DNA of 40,017 bases from the NCBI GenBank assembly GCA_046318155.1, contig JBKCUU010000014.1, positions 1 to 40,017 on the forward strand, given 5' to 3'. The stretch is from Bdellovibrio sp. GTDB taxonomy: Bacteria > Bdellovibrionota > Bdellovibrionia > Bdellovibrionales > Bdellovibrionaceae. A model generated the notes under the pieces. That model was not told where the DNA came from. It saw only the letters and a program-made list of their open reading frames with translations, and did no database searches. The position numbers and the translations under genes were made by a program. Positions within the stretch are counted from its first letter, which is position 1. Every line of letters starts with the position of its first letter. Below are positions 15,876 through 25,437 of this stretch, one piece after another.

Positions 15876-18554
15876 ATGGCGAAAAAAACAGCATCTGAAG
15901 GCGTCAGCGGCGGCGGCAAAAAGCTCGTCATTGTTGAGTCCCCGACAAAAGCCAAGACCATCCGTAAGTTTTTGGGCAAAGACTTTATCGTTGAGTCGTG
16001 TATGGGCCACATTCGAGATCTTCCGCAGTCAGCAAAAGACATTCCTGAAAAGGTGAAGAAGGAACCGTGGGCAAATCTCGGAGTAAACACCGAGAAAAAC
16101 TTTGCTCCTCTGTACTGCATTCCCAAAGACAAACTCAAAGTGGTGAAGCTGCTTAAAGAAAAACTAGCCGAAGCCTCAGAGTTGTACCTCGCGACGGACG
16201 AGGACCGCGAAGGAGAGAGTATTTCTTGGCATCTCCAAGAAGTTTTGAATCCTAAAGTCCCCACCAAGCGCATGGTCTTTAACGAGATCACGAAAGAGGC
16301 GATTTTAAAGTCTTTGAAAGAGACGCGCGAAATCAATTTTAACTTGGTCAAAGCGCAAGAAGCCCGCCGCGTGCTGGATCGGTTGGTTGGGTATACGATC
16401 AGCCCTCTTCTTTGGAAGAAAGTGGCTTATGGGTTGTCGGCAGGGCGTGTTCAGTCGGTCGCCGTTCGCCTGATTGTCGAGCGAGAGCATGAACGGATTC
16501 AGTTTCGTAAAGCCCAGTATTGGGGAGCGCTCGCGCAGCTTGATAAGGGCGGCGTTACTTTTGAAAGTCGCCTGCAACACTTGGGTGGAAAAAAAGTCGC
16601 CACCGGCGCCGATTTTGATGGCACGACTGGAAAATTGAAAGAAGGCAAAGACATCCTTATTTTGGATGAAAAGACGGCCCGTGATTTAGTTGTGAAGCTC
16701 AAGAATGAAAATTGGCAAGTGAGCGAAGTGGAGGAGAAGCCGACCACTCGCAAACCCGCAGCGCCCTTTATCACTTCAACTTTGCAGCAAGAATCAAATC
16801 GTAAACTCGGCATGAGCTCTCGTGAAACGATGCAAGTCGCGCAAAAACTTTACGAGCAAGGGTTTATCACTTACATGAGAACCGATTCGACCTTCTTGTC
16901 GAAAGAAGCAATCAACGCCGCTCGTTCGTGCATCGATTTAAAGTACGGTAAAGAGTATCTTCCACCGGCACCTCGCATCTATGATGGAAAAAAAGCAAAG
17001 GGTGCGCAAGAGGCCCATGAATCGATTCGTCCAGCTGGCACCGAATTTATTGATCCCGATGCAACGGGCCTCGTTGGTCAGCAAGCCAAGCTTTACGAAT
17101 TGATCTGGAAGCGAACCGTCGCCAGCCAGATGGTTGATGCTCGGCAAAAACAATTGTCGGTCAAGATTAAAGTCGGCCCAGCCACTTTTGCGGCCAGTGG
17201 TATGACCATCGATTTTCCGGGATTCTTGCGGGCCTACGTTGAAGGAAGCGACGATCCAGAGGCTGAGTTGGCTGAGCGTGAAGTGCGATTGCCTGCTCTC
17301 AAAAAAGCCGATTCGCTGAAGTGTCAGAAACTTGAGCCGACGGACCACGAAACAAAACCACCCGCGCGCTTTACCGAAGCAAGCCTTGTCCAAACGATGG
17401 AAAAAGAAGGGATCGGACGGCCCTCAACTTATGCTTCCATTATCGGGACGATCATTGATCGCGGCTATGTCCGCAAGGGCGGTACCGCACTGGTTCCAAC
17501 GTTTACGGCAATGGTCGTGAGCAAGCTTTTAAAAGACTACCTCACGCAGTTTGTTGATTTGGGGTTTACCTCTGCGATGGAACGGTCCTTGGATACCATC
17601 GCCGAAGGTGATCTCGACAGCGCGGTTTATTTGGCCACTGTTTACAGTGGAAAAACGGGGCTCAAGTCTGTGGTCGAAGCTCAAGAAAAAAAGATCAATC
17701 CCGAGCAAGCTCGTTCTTTAAGTCTACAAGGGCTCGAGAAATTCGACTTTCGAGTCGGTAAATATGGTGCCTATGTTTGTATGGACCGTGATGGAGCCGA
17801 AGTGTGCGCTTCGATTCCTGAAAGTGAGTCTCCTGCTGACATGACGGCTGAAGCGGCGAACAAGTTGATCGATCAAAAAATTAATGGCGCCGATGCTCTC
17901 GGTAAAGATCCTAAAACAGGTTTGCCTGTTTATGCTTTGACCGGGCGGTATGGTCCTTACGTTCAGCTTGGTGATGTCGACAGCGATGATGCCAAACCCA
18001 AACGTGTGTCGGTTCCTGCGGGAACCGCTATCGAGAATGTGACATTCGAGCAAGCGTTGAGTTTGCTGGCGCTTCCCAAAATACTGGGTGAGCATCCAGT
18101 ATTGAAGAAAGACATCAAGGCGGGCCTTGGCCGCTTTGGTCCTTTTGTTGTTTGCGAAGGTGATTACCGCTCGATTCCAAAAGGCGAATCAATTTTTGAA
18201 ATCACTTTTGAGCGCGCACTCGAGCTTTTATCGCAACCCAAGAAAGGCCGCGGGCGAGCGGCACCTTTGCGTGAGCTTGGTGCGCATCCGCAAGACGGCG
18301 AGATGATTCAAATCATGAATGGCCCCTACGGTCCTTACTTTAAGTGGGGAAAAGTAAACGCCTCGTTACCCGAAGGGGCGGACCCGCAAAAAATGACACT
18401 CGCCGAGGCCCTCCCACATTTAGCTGAAAAAGCGGGCACAAAAGGCAGCGGAAAAGCCAAGCCCAAGGGTGGAAAAAAAGCGACTTCGAAGCCCGCCCGT
18501 AAGCCCGCTCCAAAAAGTGGAAAAAAGGGGGCGGCCTCAGCGACCGCGTCCTAG
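15876..18554 (+). CDS. topA: DNA topoisomerase I
   Basis: LVIVESPTKAKTI, ATDEDREGE, SAGRVQS, ITYMRTDS, AQEAHE, GIGRPSTYA; four C-terminal G(R/K/P)(Y/F)G(P/A)(Y/F) repeats; Lys-rich tail. Confidence 0.98.
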   Translation: MAKKTASEGVSGGGKKLVIVESPTKAKTIRKFLGKDFIVESCMGHIRDLPQSAKDIPEKVKKEPWANLGVNTEKNFAPLYCIPKDKLKVVKLLKEKLAEASELYLATDEDREGESISWHLQEVLNPKVPTKRMVFNEITKEAILKSLKETREINFNLVKAQEARRVLDRLVGYTISPLLWKKVAYGLSAGRVQSVAVRLIVEREHERIQFRKAQYWGALAQLDKGGVTFESRLQHLGGKKVATGADFDGTTGKLKEGKDILILDEKTARDLVVKLKNENWQVSEVEEKPTTRKPAAPFITSTLQQESNRKLGMSSRETMQVAQKLYEQGFITYMRTDSTFLSKEAINAARSCIDLKYGKEYLPPAPRIYDGKKAKGAQEAHESIRPAGTEFIDPDATGLVGQQAKLYELIWKRTVASQMVDARQKQLSVKIKVGPATFAASGMTIDFPGFLRAYVEGSDDPEAELAEREVRLPALKKADSLKCQKLEPTDHETKPPARFTEASLVQTMEKEGIGRPSTYASIIGTIIDRGYVRKGGTALVPTFTAMVVSKLLKDYLTQFVDLGFTSAMERSLDTIAEGDLDSAVYLATVYSGKTGLKSVVEAQEKKINPEQARSLSLQGLEKFDFRVGKYGAYVCMDRDGAEVCASIPESESPADMTAEAANKLIDQKINGADALGKDPKTGLPVYALTGRYGPYVQLGDVDSDDAKPKRVSVPAGTAIENVTFEQALSLLALPKILGEHPVLKKDIKAGLGRFGPFVVCEGDYRSIPKGESIFEITFERALELLSQPKKGRGRAAPLRELGAHPQDGEMIQIMNGPYGPYFKWGKVNASLPEGADPQKMTLAEALPHLAEKAGTKGSGKAKPKGGKKATSKPARKPAPKSGKKGAASATAS

Positions 18555-18656
18555 CTCTCTAAATATCTGAAATTAATTAAGATTGTGGCCCTTGTAAGGG
18601 GAGGCAATCTGGGCTATCCTGCGCAGCGGCATTATCCGGATACAAGGCAGGTCGCC

Positions 18657-19595
18657 ATGAGCCGAGTCCGCCATTCATCGGGGCTCGAAATTCCAATTGC
18701 AGATAGCTCTCAGCTTGAGTTGGGGCTGGAGCGCCGTCGTGAGAACGACCGCAATCTGCATTTGGGCGGTCGCAGTTTTTACTTTTTTGATTTTGATGAC
18801 AATGTAGCCTTCTTGGCGACACCGCTTTTGCTTTTTCACAAAGAGACCAAAGCAGAGCTTCAAATCTCGAGCGGTGACTTTGCAAAAGAGCATCATAATT
18901 TTGGTAAAGCGGGTCCCTTTAAGGACTACGAAATTAATTGGGACGACCAAGTCGGAACGTTTCGTTGTTTTCGTGATCACCACAATGACGAGCTTGAGCG
19001 GCTCGGTCTGAAAACTCAGATTTTTTTACATGATCTTGCAGAAGCCTTAGGCGTGCCTGACTTTCAATGGAAAGGACCGTCTTGGTCTTGTTTTTATCAC
19101 GCCACCTTTAACTCCAGACCCGTCAGCGTCATCACGGCGCGAGGTCACCATCCGCAAACAATCGCAGAAGGGATCGATCTGTTTGTCCACTCGAGGCATC
19201 TGCCGAAGGCGCCTAATTATTTAAGTATCTATCCAGTCAGTCACCGGCCCACCCGCCAGTTGCTTGGCGACAGCGACTTTACGGCAACAACGGCTGAGCT
19301 CAAGCAGCGGGCCATTCGTGCGTCGGTCGAGCAAGCCTTAAAGCAGTATGGACACAGTCCTCATCACCGATTTGGAATGAGTGATGACGATCCTAAAAAC
19401 ATCCAACTGATCATCGAAGAAATGACGCGCTTGAAAACGACCTATCCCGAAATGAGCTTCTTTATGATCGAGACGCAAAATGGCGAGTTCGTGAAGCACG
19501 AAATCACGCTGTCAGGCGTGCGCGATGAGCGCTTGTCGGCTGAGGTCGCATCACAAATTTCTCTGTTTGACCGGCTGGGACCCAAGCGGTCTTAA
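18657..19595 (+). CDS. uncharacterised HAD-superfamily protein
   Basis: FFDFDDN (motif I), ITARGH (II), K (III), GMSDDD (IV). Start is 18657 or 18585. Confidence 0.75.
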   Translation: MSRVRHSSGLEIPIADSSQLELGLERRRENDRNLHLGGRSFYFFDFDDNVAFLATPLLLFHKETKAELQISSGDFAKEHHNFGKAGPFKDYEINWDDQVGTFRCFRDHHNDELERLGLKTQIFLHDLAEALGVPDFQWKGPSWSCFYHATFNSRPVSVITARGHHPQTIAEGIDLFVHSRHLPKAPNYLSIYPVSHRPTRQLLGDSDFTATTAELKQRAIRASVEQALKQYGHSPHHRFGMSDDDPKNIQLIIEEMTRLKTTYPEMSFFMIETQNGEFVKHEITLSGVRDERLSAEVASQISLFDRLGPKRS

Positions 19596-19698
19596 GTCGA
19601 GTTCCTTTGTTGTTACCTCCCAAAGTTGAGGGTCTCGAAAGATCATGCCTTTCTGATTCTTTCTGCTATCCTTATCCAATAAGAAAAGAAGGAAGCCT

Positions 19699-21702
19699 AT
19701 GAAAGCATTTCTGTTTCTGTTCACGAGTCTCTCGTTGTCCCCGGCGGCATTTGCGCAACTGGCGGGCGGCCAAGCCGTTCTCGAGTGCAAATACCTTTAC
19801 ACGATCGAGCAGGCCTTCTTAAGCCAGCACGTCAAAATCAACGGAGAGGATGCAGCTTTGCAAGCAAGACTTGTTGAGCAGTACGTTAAGCGTTTGGATC
19901 CCACCAAAGTTTACCTTCTTCAGACCGATGTCGACGAAGTGAAAAAAATGATGGTTAACGTTCTGGCTCAAGTGAAAAACAAAGACTGTGCTGTTTTAAA
20001 TAAAGTGCAGGCCTTGCTTTTGACGCGAGTGAAAGAGCGCGCGGCCTTTGCGAAGAAAATGCTGGGCAAGACGTACAGCTTCGATGCAAAAGTCGAATTC
20101 GTTTTTGATCCTGAAAACAAAAAATTTGCACAAAACAATCAAGAAGCCGAAGACTTTTTATCAAAGTACATCCACTTTCAAGTTTCGAATTACCTCGCTT
20201 CTGATATGAAAATCGAAGAAGCCAAAGCGAATGTGATCAAAAGCTGGGACCGCACAATCAAACGTGTGACTGACATGAAAAACGAAGATCTCTTGGCTGG
20301 TTACTTGGATTCATTTGCGCGCGCGATGGACCCACACTCTGCTTTTATGGCGCGTGATAACAATGAAGACTTCCGCATTTCGATGAGCCTTTCGCTGAAA
20401 GGTATTGGCGCGACGCTTTCATCGCAAGATGGATTTACCGTGATCGAAGCGTTGGTTCCTGGTGGCCCGGCGGCACGTTCTGGACTGCTGGACCCTCAAG
20501 ATAAAATTATCTCAGTTGGACAAGGTGAAAAAGGCGCCATGGAGAATGTCATCGAAATGGACTTGCGCGACGTTGTCCGCAAAATTCGTGGAGAAAAGGG
20601 AACCAAAGTTCGCCTGACAGTCTTGCGCAAAAAAGGCGAGGGCAAAAAGCGTTTCGAAATTACTTTAGTTCGTGACCAGATCAAGCTTGAAGACGAAGCT
20701 GCCTCGATTCTTTACCAAGATAAAGATGTTGGCGGCGTGAAGAAAAAAATTGGTGTGATTAATTTTCCGAGCTTCTACTCGGATGGTCGTCGTGGCGGAC
20801 GTTCAAGCGCCGCCGATGTGAAAAAAATTATTGCCGAAGCTCGCGCGGCAAAAGTCGACGGCATCGTTCTTGATCTTTCGACAAATGGTGGTGGTAGCTT
20901 AGAAGATGCCGTGAAAATCGCCGGGCTCTTTTTTGCGACGGGTAATGTCGTGAAGCAGGCCACTCGTGAAGACGAAAAAGGGGACTCAACAACATTGCGC
21001 GACTCGGATCCAACCGTTGATTGGAGTGGTCCTTTAGTAGTTCTGACCAGCCGCATTTCGGCCTCGGCTAGCGAGATCGTGGCCGGAACGCTCAAAGACT
21101 ATAAACGCGCCGTCGTGGTGGGCTCAGATCACACGTTTGGTAAAGGAACCGTTCAAACCGTCATCGATATTCCGCCCCAGACGGGTGAGCTCGGCGCCAT
21201 GAAGGTGACGGTGGGAACATTCTTTATTCCCGGTGGAAACTCGACTCAACACCGCGGCGTTTTGGCGGATGTGACGATCCCGAGCCAATACGACAGCGAT
21301 GAAGTCGGCGAAAAATCCTTGGATTACTCGCTTCCTCCCGCGGCTTTGTCGGCCTTTTTGTCGCCAGACGCGTATGTGAAAGCGGGCAATAACGCTTGGA
21401 AAGTCTTGCAGCCAGACTGGATTAAAAAGTTGGCTGATCAGTCGAAAGTTCGCGTCGACAAGAGCGATGATTTTAAGAAAGTGGTCGATGAGCTGAAGAA
21501 GGCGAAAGCCACCGGCAAGCTGATCAAATTGGCTGATGTGATGAAAGACAAAGAGAAAAAAGAAAAAGAAAAAACGGCCAAAAACAAGGGCAAAGCCGAA
21601 AAAGACAAAGAATATCTCAAGCGCGCCGACGTCCAAGAGTCGGTCAATGTCCTTTTGGACCTTATTCAGCTTCAGGGGTCGAGCACAGTCGCGACAAAGT
21701 AA
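19699..21702 (+). CDS. prc: tail-specific (C-terminal processing) protease, S41A
   Basis: Signal peptide, DPHS, GIGA PDZ motif, LDLSTNGGGSL, SASASEIVAG, TFGKGTVQ. Confidence 0.95.
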   Translation: MKAFLFLFTSLSLSPAAFAQLAGGQAVLECKYLYTIEQAFLSQHVKINGEDAALQARLVEQYVKRLDPTKVYLLQTDVDEVKKMMVNVLAQVKNKDCAVLNKVQALLLTRVKERAAFAKKMLGKTYSFDAKVEFVFDPENKKFAQNNQEAEDFLSKYIHFQVSNYLASDMKIEEAKANVIKSWDRTIKRVTDMKNEDLLAGYLDSFARAMDPHSAFMARDNNEDFRISMSLSLKGIGATLSSQDGFTVIEALVPGGPAARSGLLDPQDKIISVGQGEKGAMENVIEMDLRDVVRKIRGEKGTKVRLTVLRKKGEGKKRFEITLVRDQIKLEDEAASILYQDKDVGGVKKKIGVINFPSFYSDGRRGGRSSAADVKKIIAEARAAKVDGIVLDLSTNGGGSLEDAVKIAGLFFATGNVVKQATREDEKGDSTTLRDSDPTVDWSGPLVVLTSRISASASEIVAGTLKDYKRAVVVGSDHTFGKGTVQTVIDIPPQTGELGAMKVTVGTFFIPGGNSTQHRGVLADVTIPSQYDSDEVGEKSLDYSLPPAALSAFLSPDAYVKAGNNAWKVLQPDWIKKLADQSKVRVDKSDDFKKVVDELKKAKATGKLIKLADVMKDKEKKEKEKTAKNKGKAEKDKEYLKRADVQESVNVLLDLIQLQGSSTVATK

Positions 21703-21707
21703 AAGAA

Positions 21708-21734
21708 AACCTCTGGAGCGATGCTTCAGAGGTT
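21708..21734. terminator. hairpin after prc
   Basis: AACCTCTGGAGC-GAT-GCTTCAGAGGTT; no clear U-tract on the + strand. Confidence 0.45.
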
Positions 21735-21766
21735 GAGCTCTTGCCCTATATTTCAGACAAGAGATC

Positions 21767-22909
21767 ATGACACAAATTCGACCTTCGCGACCGCAAAAAT
21801 CCACGCCCTCTAAAGTGCCCGCATCCAAGGGGAATCGTATGCCTAAAAAAGCCCCGTCTAAGATGGCGGCCCGTTCGGTGAAGTCCACGAAGGCGAGCAG
21901 CCTTTCGCTGACTGACCTGAATAAGCTTCCAAAGGCCTTGTTAATCCAAATGCATGACCTGATGGTCAAATCGCGCGTCCTCGAAGAGCGCCTGATTAAA
22001 ATCTACAAAGCGGGTGATGCTTACTTCTGGATCGGTGCACCCGGTGAAGAGGCTTGGGGTGTTCCGATCGGGCTCCAAGTCATGAAGGGCCGTGGACCCC
22101 AGCATGATTACCTGCACATGCATTACCGTGCAACACCAACATTGGTGGCGATGGGGATGCCGATGATCGATTCGATCCGCCTGATTATGAACCGAGCCAC
22201 TGATACCTCAACCGGTGGTCGAAACTTTTCGAACCACTATGCTTATCCCGACTGGAATGTGGCCCCCGTGACTTCGCCCATCGAAGTCCAGTACGGCATC
22301 GCGCTGGGAACAGCGCATGTGCAAAAACGACTGAAATCAAAGGGCATCACGCTTGTCACGGGTGGGGACGCCGGAACCGCCGAAGGCGATTTCGCAAGCT
22401 GCTTGATCTGGGCTTCGCGCCGCGGCCGTGAGCTTCCGATGTTGATCACGGTTCAAAATAACAAGTGGGGAATCTCGACCTCTTTTGATGGCCAGCATGG
22501 CGAGAATCAAATTGCCGACCGTGCAAAGGCTTTTAACATTAAGGCCCGCGTGATTAACGGCAATGATCCGATCGAGTCGTACCTGACTCTGCAAGAGGAC
22601 ATGGCTTACATTCGCAAGACCGGAAAGCCTGCGTTTATCGAAGCCCACGTCTCTCGTCTGTATGGGCACTCCTCGGCGAGCGGTGCAAACTTTGTTCAAA
22701 ACGAGCTCTGCTGCCTCAATGATTTTGAAACCAAACTTTTAAAGGCTGGGCTCATCAAAGATGCTGGGGTCAAAGAGATGTACGAGAAGTACAACAAAGA
22801 AGGTTATGAAGCTCAGCAGATTGTCAGAAGTGAGCCGGTACCCACGCCCGAGTCAATATGGGATCACGTCTTTGTTGGCAGCGAAAATGCGGACTGGAGG
22901 AAATTCTAA
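21767..22909 (+). CDS. 2-oxoacid (probably branched-chain) dehydrogenase E1 alpha subunit
   Basis: GEEA, HYR, TPP motif GDAGTAEGDF...QNNKWGIS, RLYGHSS. Start may be 21839. Confidence 0.9.
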   Translation: MTQIRPSRPQKSTPSKVPASKGNRMPKKAPSKMAARSVKSTKASSLSLTDLNKLPKALLIQMHDLMVKSRVLEERLIKIYKAGDAYFWIGAPGEEAWGVPIGLQVMKGRGPQHDYLHMHYRATPTLVAMGMPMIDSIRLIMNRATDTSTGGRNFSNHYAYPDWNVAPVTSPIEVQYGIALGTAHVQKRLKSKGITLVTGGDAGTAEGDFASCLIWASRRGRELPMLITVQNNKWGISTSFDGQHGENQIADRAKAFNIKARVINGNDPIESYLTLQEDMAYIRKTGKPAFIEAHVSRLYGHSSASGANFVQNELCCLNDFETKLLKAGLIKDAGVKEMYEKYNKEGYEAQQIVRSEPVPTPESIWDHVFVGSENADWRKF

Positions 22910-23964
22910 TGGCAAACATGGCACAAGCCATCCGCATGGCGCTTCATTACGGTGAAAAAAACTTAGCGGTGAAAGATATTTTTGGACAAGACGTCGGCGC
23001 GCCGCTAGGCGGCGTTTTCACTGCGACTCAAGGCCTTGAGACCACTTGGAACACGCCACTTGATGAACGCGGGATTATCAGTATGGCGATGGGAATCGCC
23101 ATGACGGGTGAGCGCTGCGTGGCTGAGATTCAGTTTGTTGATTACATCTTTAACACGATGGACTTAATGAAAATCGCCGGCAACACGCTTTGGTGTACAA
23201 ATGGTGGATTTCCATTGCCCATGGTGGTGATGAGTCCGGTGGGTGCGGGTATTCGGGGGTCCGTTTACCACTCGCACTCGTTTGATGCTTGGGCTTCACG
23301 CTTGCCAGGCTGGAAGGTGGTCATGCCTTCGACGCCTCTCGATGCCTACGGGCTTCTGCTCTCGGCCATTCAAGATCCAAATCCCGTTTTGTTCTTAAAG
23401 CCTAAAGCGCTGATGCGTGTTCGCGGAGACGAGTTGATTCCCGGCGAGCCATCGGACGAAAAAGAGCTAAAAAACATGATCGATGCTCCAATCGGGGACA
23501 GAGCCTCATGGAAGGCGCGTTGGCCCAAGCTCGAGAATTTTTCGATTCCGATCGGCCAAGGGAAGATCACGCGAGTCGGCGATCAGGTGACCCTGGTTTC
23601 TTACGGCCGTCATCTCTTGGTCTGCAATCAAGTTGCGGATGAACTTCGCGAAGAGGGGTACTCGGCTGAAGTCATTGATCTTCGATCGATCTATCCTTAC
23701 GACTGGCAAATGATTAAAGCCTCGGTCGAAAAAACGGGACGTGTGATTTTTGTGAACGAAGACACGGAAGTCACAAACTTTGCCGAGCACTTGGTTTACC
23801 GAGTAGTCCAAGAGCTCTTTTATTCATTGCTGGCCCGGCCCCTGGTGCTTGCAGGAAAAAATCTTCCTGGCATCGGTTTGCACCCCAATCTCGAAGACGC
23901 CTCGGTTCCGCAAAAACATGAAATCGCAGAAGCCATTCGCAGTGTCGTGGCCGAAGTTCCATGA
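22909..23964 (+). CDS. 2-oxoacid dehydrogenase E1 beta subunit
   Basis: GQDVG..GGVF, NTPLDE, VAEIQFVDY, YHSHS, EVIDLRS; TAATG overlap with the alpha gene. Confidence 0.93.
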   Translation: MANMAQAIRMALHYGEKNLAVKDIFGQDVGAPLGGVFTATQGLETTWNTPLDERGIISMAMGIAMTGERCVAEIQFVDYIFNTMDLMKIAGNTLWCTNGGFPLPMVVMSPVGAGIRGSVYHSHSFDAWASRLPGWKVVMPSTPLDAYGLLLSAIQDPNPVLFLKPKALMRVRGDELIPGEPSDEKELKNMIDAPIGDRASWKARWPKLENFSIPIGQGKITRVGDQVTLVSYGRHLLVCNQVADELREEGYSAEVIDLRSIYPYDWQMIKASVEKTGRVIFVNEDTEVTNFAEHLVYRVVQELFYSLLARPLVLAGKNLPGIGLHPNLEDASVPQKHEIAEAIRSVVAEVP

Positions 23965-24761
23965 CAAAAAAAAAGGCTCAGAAAACTTTTGATAAGTATG
24001 AACTTTACAGCCGTGCTGTTCAGTCGGCGGAGACGGATGTGGTTTTCTTACGTCAGGTTTACCGCGAGCTTCGCGGAAAAGATCCTCGCATCATGCGAGA
24101 GGACTTTTGTGGAACCTTTTCGCTGTCGTGCGAGTGGGTGAATCTTTCGCCGCATCATGAGGCTGTCGGCGTGGATCTCGACCCTGAACCTTTGGAGTAT
24201 GGTCGTCGGCACAACCTTGCAAAACTAACAAAGTCTCAGCGAGCCCGCGTGAGTCTCGTCGAAGCCGATGTTTTGAAGTCGGAGTTGCCTCGAGCCGATC
24301 TCGCGATGGCGATGAACTTCTCTTATTTTGTCTTTAAAACTCGCGAAACAATGAAAGCCTACTTTGCGAACGTTTATAAAAGCGTCAAAAGCGATGGCCT
24401 TTTTGTTCTGGATCTTTTTGGCGGTTCTTTGTGTCACGACGAAAACGAAGAAAAGACCCAGCACCGCGGTTTTACTTACTACTGGGATCAAGCCAGCTTT
24501 GATCCCGTGAGCAACCATGCCCAGTTTTATATTCACTTCAAAGTGAACGGTCAAAAGAAGCAGGAACGCGTATTTTCTTACGACTGGCGAATGTGGTCGA
24601 TCCCCGAGCTGCGCGAAATCTTGGCCGAGGTTGGTTTCAAGAAAACTCATGTGTATTGGGAAGGGACAACGAGTAAAGGGACCGGCGATGGTGTCTTTAC
24701 TCGGACCGAGCAAGGCGAGTCCTGCCAGTCCTGGATTGCCTACATCGCGGCCGAAAAGTAA
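23961..24761 (+). CDS. class I SAM-dependent methyltransferase
   Basis: REDFCGT motif I variant, GVDLD, GLFVLDLFGG; ATGA overlap with E1 beta. Confidence 0.88.
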   Translation: MTKKKAQKTFDKYELYSRAVQSAETDVVFLRQVYRELRGKDPRIMREDFCGTFSLSCEWVNLSPHHEAVGVDLDPEPLEYGRRHNLAKLTKSQRARVSLVEADVLKSELPRADLAMAMNFSYFVFKTRETMKAYFANVYKSVKSDGLFVLDLFGGSLCHDENEEKTQHRGFTYYWDQASFDPVSNHAQFYIHFKVNGQKKQERVFSYDWRMWSIPELREILAEVGFKKTHVYWEGTTSKGTGDGVFTRTEQGESCQSWIAYIAAEK

Positions 24762-24907
24762 GTTTTAAGGTTTTGAGAAAACCAGGCAAAGGTCTCGCCT
24801 AGCGAGCGCCGAAGGGCTCAGACAACAAGGATCTGTTGCTCCTGGCCTTATACCTCTTCGAGCTAAACCGATAAATAGACAGGCCCTTTTTGTCGGAGCT
24901 ATGGCTT

Positions 24908-25437
24908 ATGAATATCTCATCAATTCTAGGTTTTGCGGTGGCGGGTTTGGTGCTTTATTTCGGCGTCATTCACGGTGCGAAAGATCCCGCGATTTTTCTT
25001 GATACCCATGCTTTGATTTTAGTTATTGGTGGAACATTGGCTGCCACCTTGATCGCTTATCCGGTTAAGCAACTTAAAGATTTAGGACAGTTTTTAGCCT
25101 ACGGTGTTTTCTTAAAATCGAAGGTGAACCCTTTGTAGTTGATCGAAGCTATTCGGGCGGCGGCAAAGACAATGGGCACTCAGTTGATTGGCGCGGGCTT
25201 TCATGCAGCCATGCATCCTTTTTTGGCCGAGGGCCTCAACCTTTTGCAAAAAACTATTTGAACCGCGCCGAGCTCGAGGATGTTCTTCAAGCACGCCGTT
25301 TGGTTTTTAAAAAGAAATACCTGCAAGATGCCTAAATCTTGAATGCCGTTGCGAAGTACCCTCCCGCCTTTGGTCTCTTAGGTGCTTCGACGGGAATGAT
25401 CGCAATGATGACGAACTTGGGTGGTCCCGGCGGAACA
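24908..25437 (+). pseudogene. motA: disrupted, 3'-truncated MotA/PomA-family stator subunit
   Basis: ALILVIGGTLAATLIAYP, HPFLAEGL, KYPPAFGLLGASTGMIAMMTNLG. Lesions: TAG at 25136-25138, frameshift in the A run at 25248-25253, TAA at 25333-25335; TM4 missing. Confidence 0.88.

Noticed and set aside
21124..21969. 281-aa antisense ORF, and similar ones at 15821-16351, 35004-35552 and 37973-38563
   Set aside because: They shadow well-supported genes on the opposite strand and have no motifs or ribosome-binding sites.
24775..24845. Glycine or c-di-GMP riboswitch upstream of motA (CAGGCAAAGG, CGCCGAAGG)
   Set aside because: The fragments lack the order and companion motifs (GGAGA...CTCTCAGG; GNRA/receptor stems) needed. 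An Rfam scan would settle it.
25136..25335. Stop-codon reassignment or programmed frameshifting in motA
   Set aside because: The lesions are of three different kinds (TAG, indel, TAA), and TAG/TAA end normal genes throughout the window.
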